A stretch of DNA of 64,000 nucleotides, taken from Felis catus (Eukaryota). Positions 51,944-63,466 of this stretch are shown one piece after another. The notes under the pieces are model-generated. The model saw only the letters and a list, made by a program, of their open reading frames with translations, was not told the origin of the DNA and made no database searches. Position 1 is the stretch's first letter. Each line of letters starts with the position of its first letter. Location: contig NC_058368.1 in the NCBI RefSeq assembly GCF_018350175.1, positions 111,230,001 to 111,294,000 of the forward strand. The letters are read 5' to 3'. The position numbers and the translations under genes are program-made.

Positions 51944-53469
51944 GGAACCAGAAAAGACCCCAAATAGCGAAGACAATCTTCGAAAAGAAAACCAAAGCAG
52001 GAAGCATCACAATCCCGGACTTCAAGCTGTATTAGAAAGCTGTAATCATCAAGACAGCATGGTACTGGCACAAAAACAGACCCTCAGATCAATGGAACAG
52101 AATAGAGAACCCAGAAATGGACCCACAAACGTATGGCTCATCTTTGACAAAGCAGGAAAGAATATCCAATGGAATAAAGACAGTCTCTTCAGCAAATGGT
52201 GCTGGGAAAACTGGACAGCGACATGCAGAAAAATGAACCTGGACCACTTTCTTACACCATACACGAAAATAAACTCAAAATGGATGAAAGACCTAAATGT
52301 AAGGCAGGAAGCCATCAAAATCCTCGAGGAGAAAGCAGGCAAAAACCTCTTTGACCTCGGCCTCAGCAACTTCTTACTCAACATATCTCTGGAGGCAAGG
52401 GACACAAAAGCAAACATGAACTATTGGGACCTCATCAAAATAAAAAGCTCCTACACCACAAAGGAAACAATCAGCAAGACGAAAAGGCAACCGACAGAAT
52501 GGGAAAAGATACTTGCAAACAACATTATTAGATAAAGGGTTAGTATCCAAAATCCGTAAAGAACTTCTCAAACTCCACACCCAAAAAACAAATAATCGAG
52601 TGAAGAAATGGGCAAAAGACATGAATAGACACTTCTCCAAAGAAGACATCCAGATGGCCAACCGACACGTGAAAAAATGCTCAACATCACTCATCGTTAG
52701 GGAAATACAAATCAAAACCACAATGAGATACCACCTCACACCTGTCAGAATGGCTAACATCAACAACTCAGGCAACAACAGATGTTGGCGAGGATGAGGA
52801 GAAAGAGGATCTCTTTGCATTGTTGGTGGCAATGCAAGCTGATGCAGCCACTCTGGAAAACAGTATGGAGTTTGCTCAAAAAATTAAAATTAGAACTACC
52901 CTACAACCTAGCAATTGCACTACCAGGTATGTATCCAAGAGATACAGGTGTGCTGTTTCGAAGGGGCACATGCACCCCAATGTTTATAGCAGCACTATCG
53001 ACAATAGCCAAAGTATGGAAAGAGCCCAGATGTCCATGGATGGATGAATGGATAAAGAAGATGTGGTATATCTATACAATGGAGTATTACTCGGCAACCC
53101 AAAAGAATGACATCTTGCCATTTGCAACTCCGTGCATGGAACTAGAGGGTATTATGCTAAGCGAAATTAGCCATTTGGAGAAAGACAAATATCATATGAC
53201 TTCACTCATATGAGGACTTTTAAGAGACAAAACAGATGAACATAAGGGAAGGGAAGCAAAAATAATATAAAAACAGGGAGAGGGACAAAACATAAAAGAT
53301 TCTTAAATATGGAGAACAAACAGAGGGCTACTGGAGGTGTTGTAGGAGGGGGGATGGGCTAAATGGATAAGGGGCATTAAGGAATCTACTCCTGAAATCA
53401 TTGTTGCACTATATGCTAACTCACTTGGATGTAAATTTAAAAAAAATAAATGAAAATACAAAAAAGGAA
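51944..53469 (+). mobile_element. Feline L1, 5'-truncated (~1.5 kb: ORF2 C-terminus, 3' UTR, A tail)
   Basis: Frameshifted ORF2 peptides ([55 protein letters not shown]); TSD AAAAAAGTTTGC at 51932-51943 and 53470-53481. Confidence 0.95.
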
Positions 53470-53650
53470 AAAAAAGTTTGCCTAGCTCCTACTAGAAAAT
53501 TGTGGTATACACACTCCCAGACCCCTTCCCTGAGACTTCCGAAATCAATATGTGCAGTTCAGCACAGGTGATTCATATACATGATAAACTTTGAGATGCA
53601 TTAGATATATGACTCAGGTAAACTGTATATTGCTGATTTTTGTTTAATAG

Positions 53651-53754
53651 ACAGACCTTCCGGAGCTTGATACACCAGAATCTGCCAGAATAATAGCATT
53701 CATCTCTTGGCTTAGAGAGCAGAGACCATTATTCCCCATACTTTATGTGATAAG
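53651..53754 (+). CDS. SEC24A: SEC24A exon 22
   Basis: taatag|ACAGAC...TAAG|gtaagt; TDLPELDTPESARIIAFISWLREQRPLFPILYVI. Confidence 0.96.
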
Positions 53755-54197
53755 GTAAGTTGAATTTTTCATTTACTAATAGTGAAACAATGTGTTTAGC
53801 TTTGCAAGGACCTGTCTTGAATCATAGTTAAATGTGACCTATTGCTTACGCAAACCCTTTAGAAAAGAAAAAGAATTTTCAATAAATATTACTAAATTAT
53901 GCTTTATATCCAGTTACTAGTAAAAAGTATGTTAAGAGGCACCTGGGTGTTTCAGTTGGTTAAGTTGGTTAAGTGTCTGACTTCAGCTCAGGTCACGATC
54001 TCAGGACCTGAATCCTGAGCTCAGGCTCGTGAGTTCGAGCCCCACATTGGGCTCTCTGCCCTCCCCCACTCGTGCTGTCACTCTTTAAAATAAATATACT
54101 TTTTAAAAAAGTGTGTTAAAAGCCTCACGACAAATCCACTGTTTATTTTACTATTACATTTTATCTAATGTATATATTTTTGTCTTTTATTCCTAAG

Positions 54198-54312
54198 GGA
54201 TGAGAGTCCAATGAAAGCAAACTTCCTTCAAAACATGGTAGAAGACAGAACAGAATCTGCATTATCATATTATGAATTCCTCTTGCATATACAACAACAA
54301 GTAAATAAATGA
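54198..54312 (+). CDS. SEC24A: SEC24A exon 23, coding part with stop
   Basis: cctaag|GGATGA...; DESPMKANFLQNMVEDRTESALSYYEFLLHIQQQVNK then TGA at 54310-54312. Exons 2-23 sum to 3203 nt in one frame. Confidence 0.97.
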
Positions 54313-57190
54313 ACAAATGAAGATATTTGACTTATTTTTAAGGAAATTCATGATAATGCCGAACACCTGAGAATGTGTAATACCTTCCTTTTCTATTAGG
54401 TTTGTGGACTAATGTGATGATTATATGTTCTCACTGTGATTTCAACCAACTATAGCAAATAAAGGACCACAGCAGAGAATCAAACATGCAACTCTGAAAT
54501 ACTGTATTTTTCAAATCAAAATACATCTACGTATATTTGATTGGATACTTTTTTCCTTTGCTGCCAATAATGTTTGAGTTGTTGTGGATTGAAATAAGAT
54601 GAGACAATATTGCAGAGGTGAAGTAAATTTTGTAAAATAAAGACTTCTGTGTTTCAAATACATTTTTCTCATTTTTTCCTGAAATTTTGGCTGCTACATT
54701 TAAAACTTCACAAGACTAAGTGTTGCAGGGACATTATAAATCCATTGATAATGATCTTTTTAACATCAAAAAAATTTTTCAGAAGTAAATACTACATAGA
54801 ACTAGAACCCATCCCCACACCTGTTTTTTTTTTTTTTGTTTTTTTTTAAGGAAAAAGGATCATCATGTTAACTAAAACTAGAGTGAACTAACTTCAGTCT
54901 AGTTTGAGAAAAAAAATATGAAATAATACAGTCAGGCTTTAAAATCTGTCAGTATTCTCTATGCTTGAAGAACAAAGTCACTTTGAAGTGAAATCTATAA
55001 TTAAGTGGTTTTCCGATTTGACTGCAGAAGACTTGGGTGGACACACTATCCTATTCTGCAGTGAAAAGAATCAGCTGTCTTCATAAATACACTGAAACTG
55101 ACAATGATAATAGGGAGATGAGAAACTTTGGTTGTCTTGATCCTTTAAGTAGGCTTTGTTTGGTACATTTCTGCTCTGATGTATAATAGAAGTGTTATAT
55201 TGGTGAAATGATGAATTAAAAGAAATTAAAGGTTTTTAAAAATTCTGTCTCAAATGCTTAAGTAACATTTTTCTAAGGAGTTTAATTTAATTGGAAGCCG
55301 CTCGTAAGATATTTATTCTTGGATATTAAAACTTATTAAAAGCATGAATGCTGCTGTTTGATTTGGTGGATATTAAGATTACACAAATTCACTACATTGA
55401 AGTTATGGTAGAAACTTGATTTCTCAACATGCTCAAGAGACTGCTTTTTTGATTGAGCCAGAGAAATATTATAGTCAAAACTATTAAGTGAATTTTGTTT
55501 ACAAATAGGTAAATTATACATTTGTATATTTAAAGTGCTGTGATAGGATGTCTTTAAAAGATTTGGCCCATTTTTCACTGATTCACCTTGTCTTGTATGA
55601 ACCTCTTAAAGTAAAAGTTCTTCATGTGTAATACTTGATGAAAAGATTTTTGTTTCTTTGTTTTAATGGGTTAGAAAAATGTGTTTACAATCTTGGTCTC
55701 ATGATCACCAATGAAATAGTAACTTTCAGGTTTACATCAGTATGAGCTGACTTTAACTCAGTTAAAGGGATAGGGAAGAAGCAGGTCCCCATTAGAGTAT
55801 ATACTACGGCTTGCCTGCTGGATCAGAGTAATTGGGTTTTATAAAAATATCCTCTCCCTTAAGCAGTATTAAGGTTTATCTTCAATATGCAAGTGGTACA
55901 TTGAACTGGAAATTTTCTTAAAAACTGCTTCATGTATTAGGAAGCAAGTTTCATGTTGTGGCAAATTATGATAAATTTATATTTTCCCCTCTTTTCAAGA
56001 AACAGAGTCATCCTTGTGCACTGATGTTTCTTAAAATAACTAAAATTCTCTTCTTAATGTGAATTGTAAATGTTGATATTTGTAGGTCCTTTCTTAAGAG
56101 TAGTGAAGAATCTTCCAGAGGGAAAAGTTAGTGCTTCTAGGGACAGTAATCTTCCTTGTGCCTCACTTCATCCCTAAATGGGTATGACTTGTTATTGCCA
56201 CATGCTTTGTTAGTATATTTCACAAATTTACTTTTTAAATTTTACTTTAAAAATTATTTTAGATAGTGTGTAATATGTGCAATCCAGAATAATTTTATAA
56301 TAGGCAGGTCATAAAAACGTAACTTTAGTTAAGATTCACAATATTTGTTCTCTGGATAATGAGGGAATGAATGAGCCTTTTGGAGATATTGATATTAAGC
56401 AATTATTTTTTGCTGTACTGAATGTGTTTGATTTTTTTTTTTTTTTGGCAGTAGAGCAGTACCTGCTATCTCATCTTGTATTACTTTTTGATGTAAAGCA
56501 ACTAATATTTACACTATGCCATATTTTTTTTATTGTAGTTGTAAATTATGAAAGATCCTTGAATTTTCTACAGATCTACAACTACTAAAGTAACAGACAA
56601 GGGCAATCTTGGTATTTAAATCTGAGCATGGCAATTCTACCACAAAAAGTACTCTATTTTTCTAATTTCTAGGATTTTTAAAATAACATTTCTGTACGTG
56701 ACATACTAATATTCGCTGAAGCTGTACCATTTTAGTTTGCATATATTTCATTGTTTTAATTTAATGTAATGTATTGAGTCTAACAGACTGTTTTACAATA
56801 ATTAGAATTAAAGATTTATTTCTTCTAATTAAAGATGCATAACAGCTATTATCTAGGGGACCATCAAATGTGATTTCAAGATTTTGTTAACTATTTCAAA
56901 TAAAATCCTTCTATAGAAATTTTAATTTTGTAAAGTAGTGTATAATATTGTAACATTAAATTCTTGTTCTCAAATTCACATATGTATTGATCTTCAATGT
57001 GCTGTGTTAAATCTTGCATCTCTTAAATATTAGAGACAAGATTTGTCTTCCTTTTTACAGTTTGTAATTTTCACTGTTTTATTCCTGTAAAAAAAAAAAA
57101 GTCATTTGTAACCCATGCAAATAATCGTTTGAAATGTGCTAACTTATCAATTTGGCTATTCAATAAAGTTATTGAAAAAGCTTATATATA
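54313..57190 (+). other. SEC24A: SEC24A 3' UTR (long form)
   Basis: AU-rich, SINE-free for ~2.9 kb, ending near AATAAA 57162-57167; SINEs resume at about 57323. Confidence 0.75.
57162..57167 (+). terminator. Distal polyadenylation signal
   Basis: AATAAA at the end of the repeat-free UTR block. Confidence 0.7.
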
Positions 57191-59447
57191 GTGACTCGTC
57201 ATTTAAAGAGATATGGATAACTTGCCAGTTACTGAATTGTGTTATGTTGTACACCCAAGTCATTGGAAGGCTATGGCTGAAAGTGGTTTGAATCTAATCT
57301 GGTGTTACAGTGGTCATAAGCCAGGTGCACCTGGGTGTCTCAGTTGGTTAAGTGACCAATCTCAGCTCAGGTCATGAGAGCCTGGAGCCTGTTTCAAATT
57401 CTGTGTCCCACTCTATTTCTGCCCCTACCCTGCTTGCTCTGTCTCTGTCTCTCTCAAAAATAAATAAAAACTAAAAAAGAAATTATAGAGTGGTCATAAA
57501 CTTAATTCTTGATGCTCACTCTTCATAGATTTAAAGTTGGTGGTTTTTTTTTTTTTTTTAATTCTTGACAGGTTTCAAGTACTACTCCACTGACTTCTGG
57601 ATCCTTTGGTTATCAGTAAGATGCCTACTGTTAATCTAATTGTTACTTTGAAGATAATGTTAGCTTTCATGATTTTTCTTTTATCCTTAATATTCCTCAG
57701 TTTGGCGACTCTGAGTGTATTGTTTATCTTGCTAATTTTTCAGAGCACATTTTAATTTGAAAATCTTTGTATATCTTGATTTATGGAAAATTCTCTATTT
57801 TATTTATTTCTTTAATTGAAGTATGATTGACATATAAAGCTATTTTCTTTTAAAAATATGCTTGTCATTTTCTCTATTCTTTTTTACTTCAGAATTCATA
57901 CGAGACGTATCTTTTCACTAATTCCTCTTTTGACTATGTCCAGGTTGGACTTTTCATCTCATCTCATGAATATTATATCTGCATACCTGTATTTTTCATT
58001 TCTAAGATTAATTTTTTTAATACCCGTCTGGTTTTGGTTGGTTTCTTCCTGTTTTTGCTCAGTAATGTATTCAGACTGTTCTATAAAATTCTTTCTGGGG
58101 AAATTGGCAATTTTTTAAGTTTTAATTCCAGTTATTTAACATACAGTATAATATTAGTTTCAGCTGCACCATACAGTGATTCAACAATTACATACATCAC
58201 CCAGTGCTCATCACAGGTGCCCTCCTTTTCCTCCTCTTCCTCTTCTCCTCCTCCTCCTCTCTCCTCCTTTTTTTTAAAAAAAGTATTTTTTTATTAGTAT
58301 TTTTTTAAGTAATCTCTACCCCCCGTGTGGAGCTTCATCTCAAGACCCCAAGATCGAGAGTCGCATGTTCTTCCGACTGAGCCAGCCAGGTGCCCCTCAA
58401 CAAGTGCACTCCTTGTCCCCATCACCTATTTCACCTATACCCTCACCCCCCACAAATTCCAATTTTTTATTTGGTTGGCAGAATTTATTTTTTTTTCATT
58501 AATTCATGTATTTTGAGAGAGAGGGAGAGAGAGCAGAGGAGGAGCAAAAAGAGAGGGAGATAATCCGAAAAAGGTTCTGCACTATCAGCACAGAGCCCAA
58601 CATGGGGCTCAGACCTTCAAACTGTGAGATCGTGATCTGAGCCAAGATCGAGTTGGACATGTAACTGACTGAGCCACCCAGGTGCCCCTGGCTGGCAGAA
58701 TTTAAATGTAGTATTTATTCATGTTTGTTAGAATTTGAGTTTGTAGGTTACTGGAGTGGGAGAATTTTTGTTTTTGTTTTAGCTTATCTCTGTCCAAGTT
58801 CTCCATCCCTTCCTGCCCATCTAAGGGGTTTTTTAGTTGAATTTTCTGGCCCCTTCCCCAAGACTAGGGGTCATGGTAGTGTCCTGCAATGATTTGGGGC
58901 TATCGCCCACCAGCAGTGGGAAGACTAGTTGTCCTCTCTTCTGCTGAACTTAAAAGCTCAAGTTCAAGGCTATGTGGGTCAATAGCAAATGATATTTTGA
59001 ATAATTTTTGGAGGGAAAGCTTACCTCAAGCAGTGAGTCCTATTTGTCCCTATGTGTTTGTTATGTGAAGCACTTCCAGTGCTTTTTAGCCCATGGAATG
59101 TGCTACTGTTGCCTGCTCATGGACCTGCTGCCCACCAGGCCCAATGTTAGCTCTGCAACGCTGCGTTTTGGTCTGCTGTTTCTCTTGTTTTTGAGTCTAG
59201 TTATTTGTTTTTCTCCCTTGACATTTTTAGCTGTTATTTCTGTGTGGAGTGGAGAGGAGTCCAAGGATCAACTTACTGCCTAAATTTATCCCCCGGAAAC
59301 TGAATTCCAGTTTTATCACTTATGACTCAATCTTTTCAGCTGTGTATCTACATTTTATCAATCAAGTATTATTAGTAGCCCGCCTAAACAATGCTTCTAG
59401 CATCAAATAAAAATTATACATAAGACTCATTGAAAATGCCATGTTTT

Positions 59448-59667
59448 GGGGCGCCTGGGTGGCGCAGTCGGTTAAGCGTCCGACTTCGGCCAGGTCACGA
59501 TCTCGCGGTCCGGGAGTTCGAGCCCCACGTCAGGCTCTGGGCTGATGGCTCAGAGCCTGGAGCCTGTTTCCGATTCTGTGTCTCCCTCTCTCTCTGCCCC
59601 TCCCCCGTTCATGCTCTGTCTCTCTCTGTCCCAAAAATAAAATAAAAAACGTTGAAAAAAATTTTTA
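59448..59667 (+). mobile_element. Young feline Can-SINE
   Basis: TSD AAAATGCCATGTTTT at 59433-59447 and 59668-59682. Confidence 0.95.
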
Positions 59668-62230
59668 AAAATGCCATGTTTTGGGGCACTTGGGTGGCTC
59701 AGTCGGTTAAGCATCTGACTTCAGCTCAGGTCATGAACTCTCGGTTCTTGAGTTCGAGCCCCACACCGGGCTCTGTGCTGACAGCTCAGAGCCTGGAGCC
59801 TGCTTCAGATTCTGTGTCTCCCTCTCTGTTCCTCCCCCGGTCACACACACACAGACACACACACACACACACACACAGACACACACACACACACACACAC
59901 TCTCTCTCTCTCAAAAATAAATAAAGATTAAAAAAATTTTTTAAAAATGCCTTCTTTTGACACTTCCTCTAAAAGAAAAATTTCTGCAACTATTCACGTA
60001 AGTGTAATCTAGTGCTGTCAGTGCTAGATTTGTGGCAAAGTGGTAAGTTTTTTAAAGTTAATTTATGTATTGTGGGAGGAGGGGCAGAGAGAGGGAGAGA
60101 CAGAGTCCCAAGCAGGCTCTTTGCTGTCAGCACAGAGCCCGACATGGGGCTGCAATCCACAAACACTGAAAAAAATCAAGGCAGACGCTTAACCCAGTCA
60201 CCCAAAGCGCCCAAAATGGCAAAGTTTTAAAGAATGGATTTGTCCTTGTAAAGTCCATAGTGAGGGAGATAGAAATTAATATAAGAATCTTAAGTATGTG
60301 AGGCACCTGGGTGGCTCAGTCAGTTAAGTGTCCCACTCTTTTTTTTTTTTTTTTTAACATTTTTTAAATTCATTTCTGAGAGAGAGGGCGTGAAATAGGA
60401 GGGGCAGAGAGAGGAAGAAGGATCCAAAGGGGCTCTGCCCTGACAGCAGAGAGCCCAATGTGGGGCTTGAACTCATGAGGCATGAGATCATGACCTGAGC
60501 TGAAGTCAGAAGCTTAACTGGCTGAGCCACCCAGGCACTGAGCCATCTAGGTACCCTGTTTCTGACTTTTGATTTCAGCTCGGGTCATGATCTCTGCATT
60601 CCTGAGTTCAACCTCCATGTCAGGCTCTGCACTGACAGCAAGGAGCCTGCTTGGCATTCTGTCTCCCTTGCTCTCTGCCCTTCCCCCACTCTCTCTCTGT
60701 CTCAAGAATAAATAAATTTTAAAAAATCTTAAGTACGCACATCATTTGTCAAAGAATCACTTATACCACTGACAAGTACTAGGAAGTTTAATAAATAAAC
60801 TGCAGAAACCCGTAGATAAATGGTTCCTCAGGAATGAGAAAGTATGTGACATAAAATCTTCACATTTCTAATTCTTATCTAACTAAAGGGGCCATCATGC
60901 ATCTAAGGAGACAAATTTTTTATTTGGCTTTCTATAGGCCTTCTTAAGTGAAAAAAATATTGTTTATCCTAGAATTGTATTTGGTTTCAATTTATTAGAA
61001 CTATACTTCATTAAGTTCTGCACATTTATTATACTTAACAATTACTTCAGTTTTAGAATTTTTTAAAGACACTATTGGGGACTCAGATATAGGTCTGTAC
61101 ACAAAGGCAGGGGAACCGTTTCTAATGCTTTGTAATTATTAACCAGGGCATGTCCTTGGGACTTAGCTTTCATTCCATCAAGGGAGAACATCCGCATTTA
61201 TTTATATTTTTATTTTTTAATGTTTATTTATTTTTGAGAGAGTGTGAGTGGGGGAGGGGCAAAGAGAGGGGGTGAGCAGAGGATCTGAAGCAGGTTCTAC
61301 GCTGACAGCACTGAGCCCAATGTGAGGCTTGAACTCTTGAACTGCAAGATCATGACCTGAGCTGAAGTCAGATGCTCAACTGACTAAGCCACCCAGGCAC
61401 CCCTATTTCTAAACAAACAAACAAACAAACAAATAAATAAATGTTTATTTATTTTGAGAGAGAAAGAGAGCATGGATGCCAGCAGGGGAGGGGCAGAGAG
61501 GGACAGAGAGAATCCCAAGCAGGCTTTGCGAAGTGAGCACAGAGCCCAAGGAGGGGGTTCAATCTCCAGAACCATGAGATCACAACTTGAGCTGAAAGCA
61601 AGAGTCCTAGGGCACCTGGGTGGCTCAGTTGGTTAAGCCTAGAACTTTGGCTCTGGTCATGATTTTGTGCTTCCTGAGTTTGAGCCCTGTGTTGGGCTCT
61701 CTGCTGACAGTTCAAGAGCCTGGAATCTGCTTCAGTTTCCAGTTTCTGTCTCCTTCTTTCTCTTATCTTCCCGGCTTGAGTGCTTGCGCTCTGTCTCAAA
61801 AAACAAACAAGCAAACAAAAACCAAAAGAGTCCCATGCTTAACCCACTCAGCTGCCCAAACACCCCAAAATCCGTGTTTATATCTCAGCTCCTCATGTTA
61901 TTGAATCCAAAAGATAAATTGTTAGATTTTTTTTTACACTTTTTTTCTTAAACTTCTTATCTGTTTGGAACAGAGTCAGGTGACTAATGGTTAAATACAG
62001 TATTTCATTACTTTCTGTTTAGGGAGGATTTCACCTGCTTCCTAATTTTGACTATGAGTTTGACTCATTCTGGTTTCATTGCAGGGGACCCACTAGATAG
62101 CCTCACCCTCTGGAGCCTCAGGTGCGAATCGGCCACAAGGCCTCCTCAGCAAGCGTTGACGGATGATTCGATTCCTTCGTTCTTTTACTCATTCACTTTA
62201 TCTTTATGATTAACAGCTGCATACCAAATG

Positions 62231-62481
62231 CAGGGCTGCGTTATGACTTTTGTATGCCCTACACACTTTTCTTTCATGGGCTCCTTCCTCCATACAGGCA
62301 TTATTAAATCGTATTTTAGGACTGTGTTAGCAAAGGATGACTATAATCCAGGTCAGATTATTATATATTAATTATTATGCTTTTCTTCTGACTTTAAAAT
62401 AAATTAAAATTAAAACATTTTCTCAGGCTCCTAATACTATTGTGGACCTCAACACTGCTTTAAGGCTTTAAGCGGGCCCCG
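62231..62481 (-). mobile_element. MER96B-like hAT MITE
   Basis: cagggctgcgttatgacttttgt...taatccagg...ttttcttctgactttaaaa...gggccc resembles the recalled MER96B consensus. Confidence 0.6.
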
Positions 62482-62809
62482 CTGAGCGCTCACATTGTTC
62501 CAGGAGTTGCAGTTGCGAACAATATACAATGCTGGAGCCTACATTCTAGCTGGTGAGAAACAGACATAAACAAAGTAAGTACATTTATCTTGCGAATCGG
62601 TTACAAGTGTTAAGAAAAAACAAAAAGGAGAACGTTACGGAGTGTTGAGAAGGGTGGCAATTTAAACAGAATGGACAGGACAAGCATCACTAGGCAAGCC
62701 TTGAAGGAAGATGTGAACAAGGCCTGGAACACGACAGGTATATACTTGGGGAAAAAAGACCATTAAGGAGAAAGTCTCAGCCACAAAAACAAAACCTAAA
62801 AGCAACTCT

Positions 62810-63290
62810 CCCCAAAGCGTCGCTCCTCGAGTTACGTATTTCCGTAATCTATTAGCGAGGTCGCAGAAGGTCATTGGAAACAAGTGCCTGCCGCAGCAAC
62901 CTCCATTTTGCTTTTGGGCACAAGCCTAAGCTACGTATGGGCCTCATCTGTATTCCTTTACCGCTCGTTAGTTTGGGGGTTCGCTTTTCTTCATGTCCTC
63001 GTGAAGAGCAGAGAACCCTGTCGACGGAGGAGAGGAACATTGGTAGTTAAAACAGGCAGGAGGAACCAGGGCGGCCCACTCTGCCCTCATTCAAAATGGT
63101 GGCGCGAGACTCGCGCTTTGTCCGGTCGGGCGGCGCGCATGCTTAGCCAGCCTCTCCGGCTTGGCGTTCTGGAGGGGCGGGCCTACGGCGGGGGAGGCGG
63201 GGGGCTCGCGCCCTGCGGCCTGGCCTGAAGTCATCTGCGCTGCCTCTGCTACCTGCAGCACCACCTTCATCCTTCCCTACCTATGGAGGG
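62810..63290 (+). promoter_or_regulatory. CAMLG: CpG-rich CAMLG promoter / 5' UTR
   Basis: Sharp CpG enrichment; YY1-like CAAAATGGTGGC 63092-63103, NRF1-like GCGCATGC 63135-63142, GC box GGGGCGGGC 63174-63182. Confidence 0.85.
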
Positions 63291-63294
63291 GAAG

Positions 63295-63466
63295 ATGGAG
63301 CCTGTGACCGTAGCGACAGATAGCGGGGACCGGCCGGGGGCTCCAGCGGGCTCAGGCCTGTCGGCTTCCCAGCGTCGGGCCGAGCTGCGGCGGAGGAAGC
63401 TGCTTATGAACTCGGAACAGCGCATCAACCGGATCATGGGCTTTCACAGGCCCGGGAGTGGCGCAG
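63295..63466 (+). CDS. CAMLG: CAMLG exon 1 (calcium-modulating cyclophilin ligand / GET2 homologue, TRC40 receptor)
   Basis: aagATGG strong Kozak; [57 protein letters not shown]; donor GCAG|gtgaga. Confidence 0.96.

Larger units (their letters stand above)
1601..61865. repeat. Dispersed Can-SINE family (roughly 80 full or partial copies by eye, both strands, several age classes)
   Basis: Recurrent GGGG(C/T)GCCTGGGTGGCTCAGTCGGTT head, (CT)n tract, AATAAA-containing A tail; accounts for most short ORFs in the track. Confidence 0.95.

Noticed and set aside
52059..53213. Long L1 ORF2-like ORFs
   Set aside because: 5'-truncated and frameshifted, lacking ORF1, endonuclease and RT core; not an active element.
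53648..53654. Tandem acceptor TAG-ACAG at exon 22
   Set aside because: The second AG shifts the frame by 4 nt; no evidence of use.
5921..54312. Possible minor-spliceosome introns or disabling mutations in SEC24A
   Set aside because: All donors are ordinary GT (no GTATCC), exon phases are consistent, and zinc-finger cysteines and the MRIR motif are intact.
57089..57100. A12 run in the 3' UTR
   Set aside because: Genomic A-tract without an adjacent AATAAA; likely an internal-priming artefact source rather than a true end.
3566..61951. Many 60-120 aa ORFs with recurring peptides (AQVMISRFVSSSP, ERERE, GAPGWRSRLS)
   Set aside because: They are chance translations of Can-SINE copies, not a gene family or repeat-array system.
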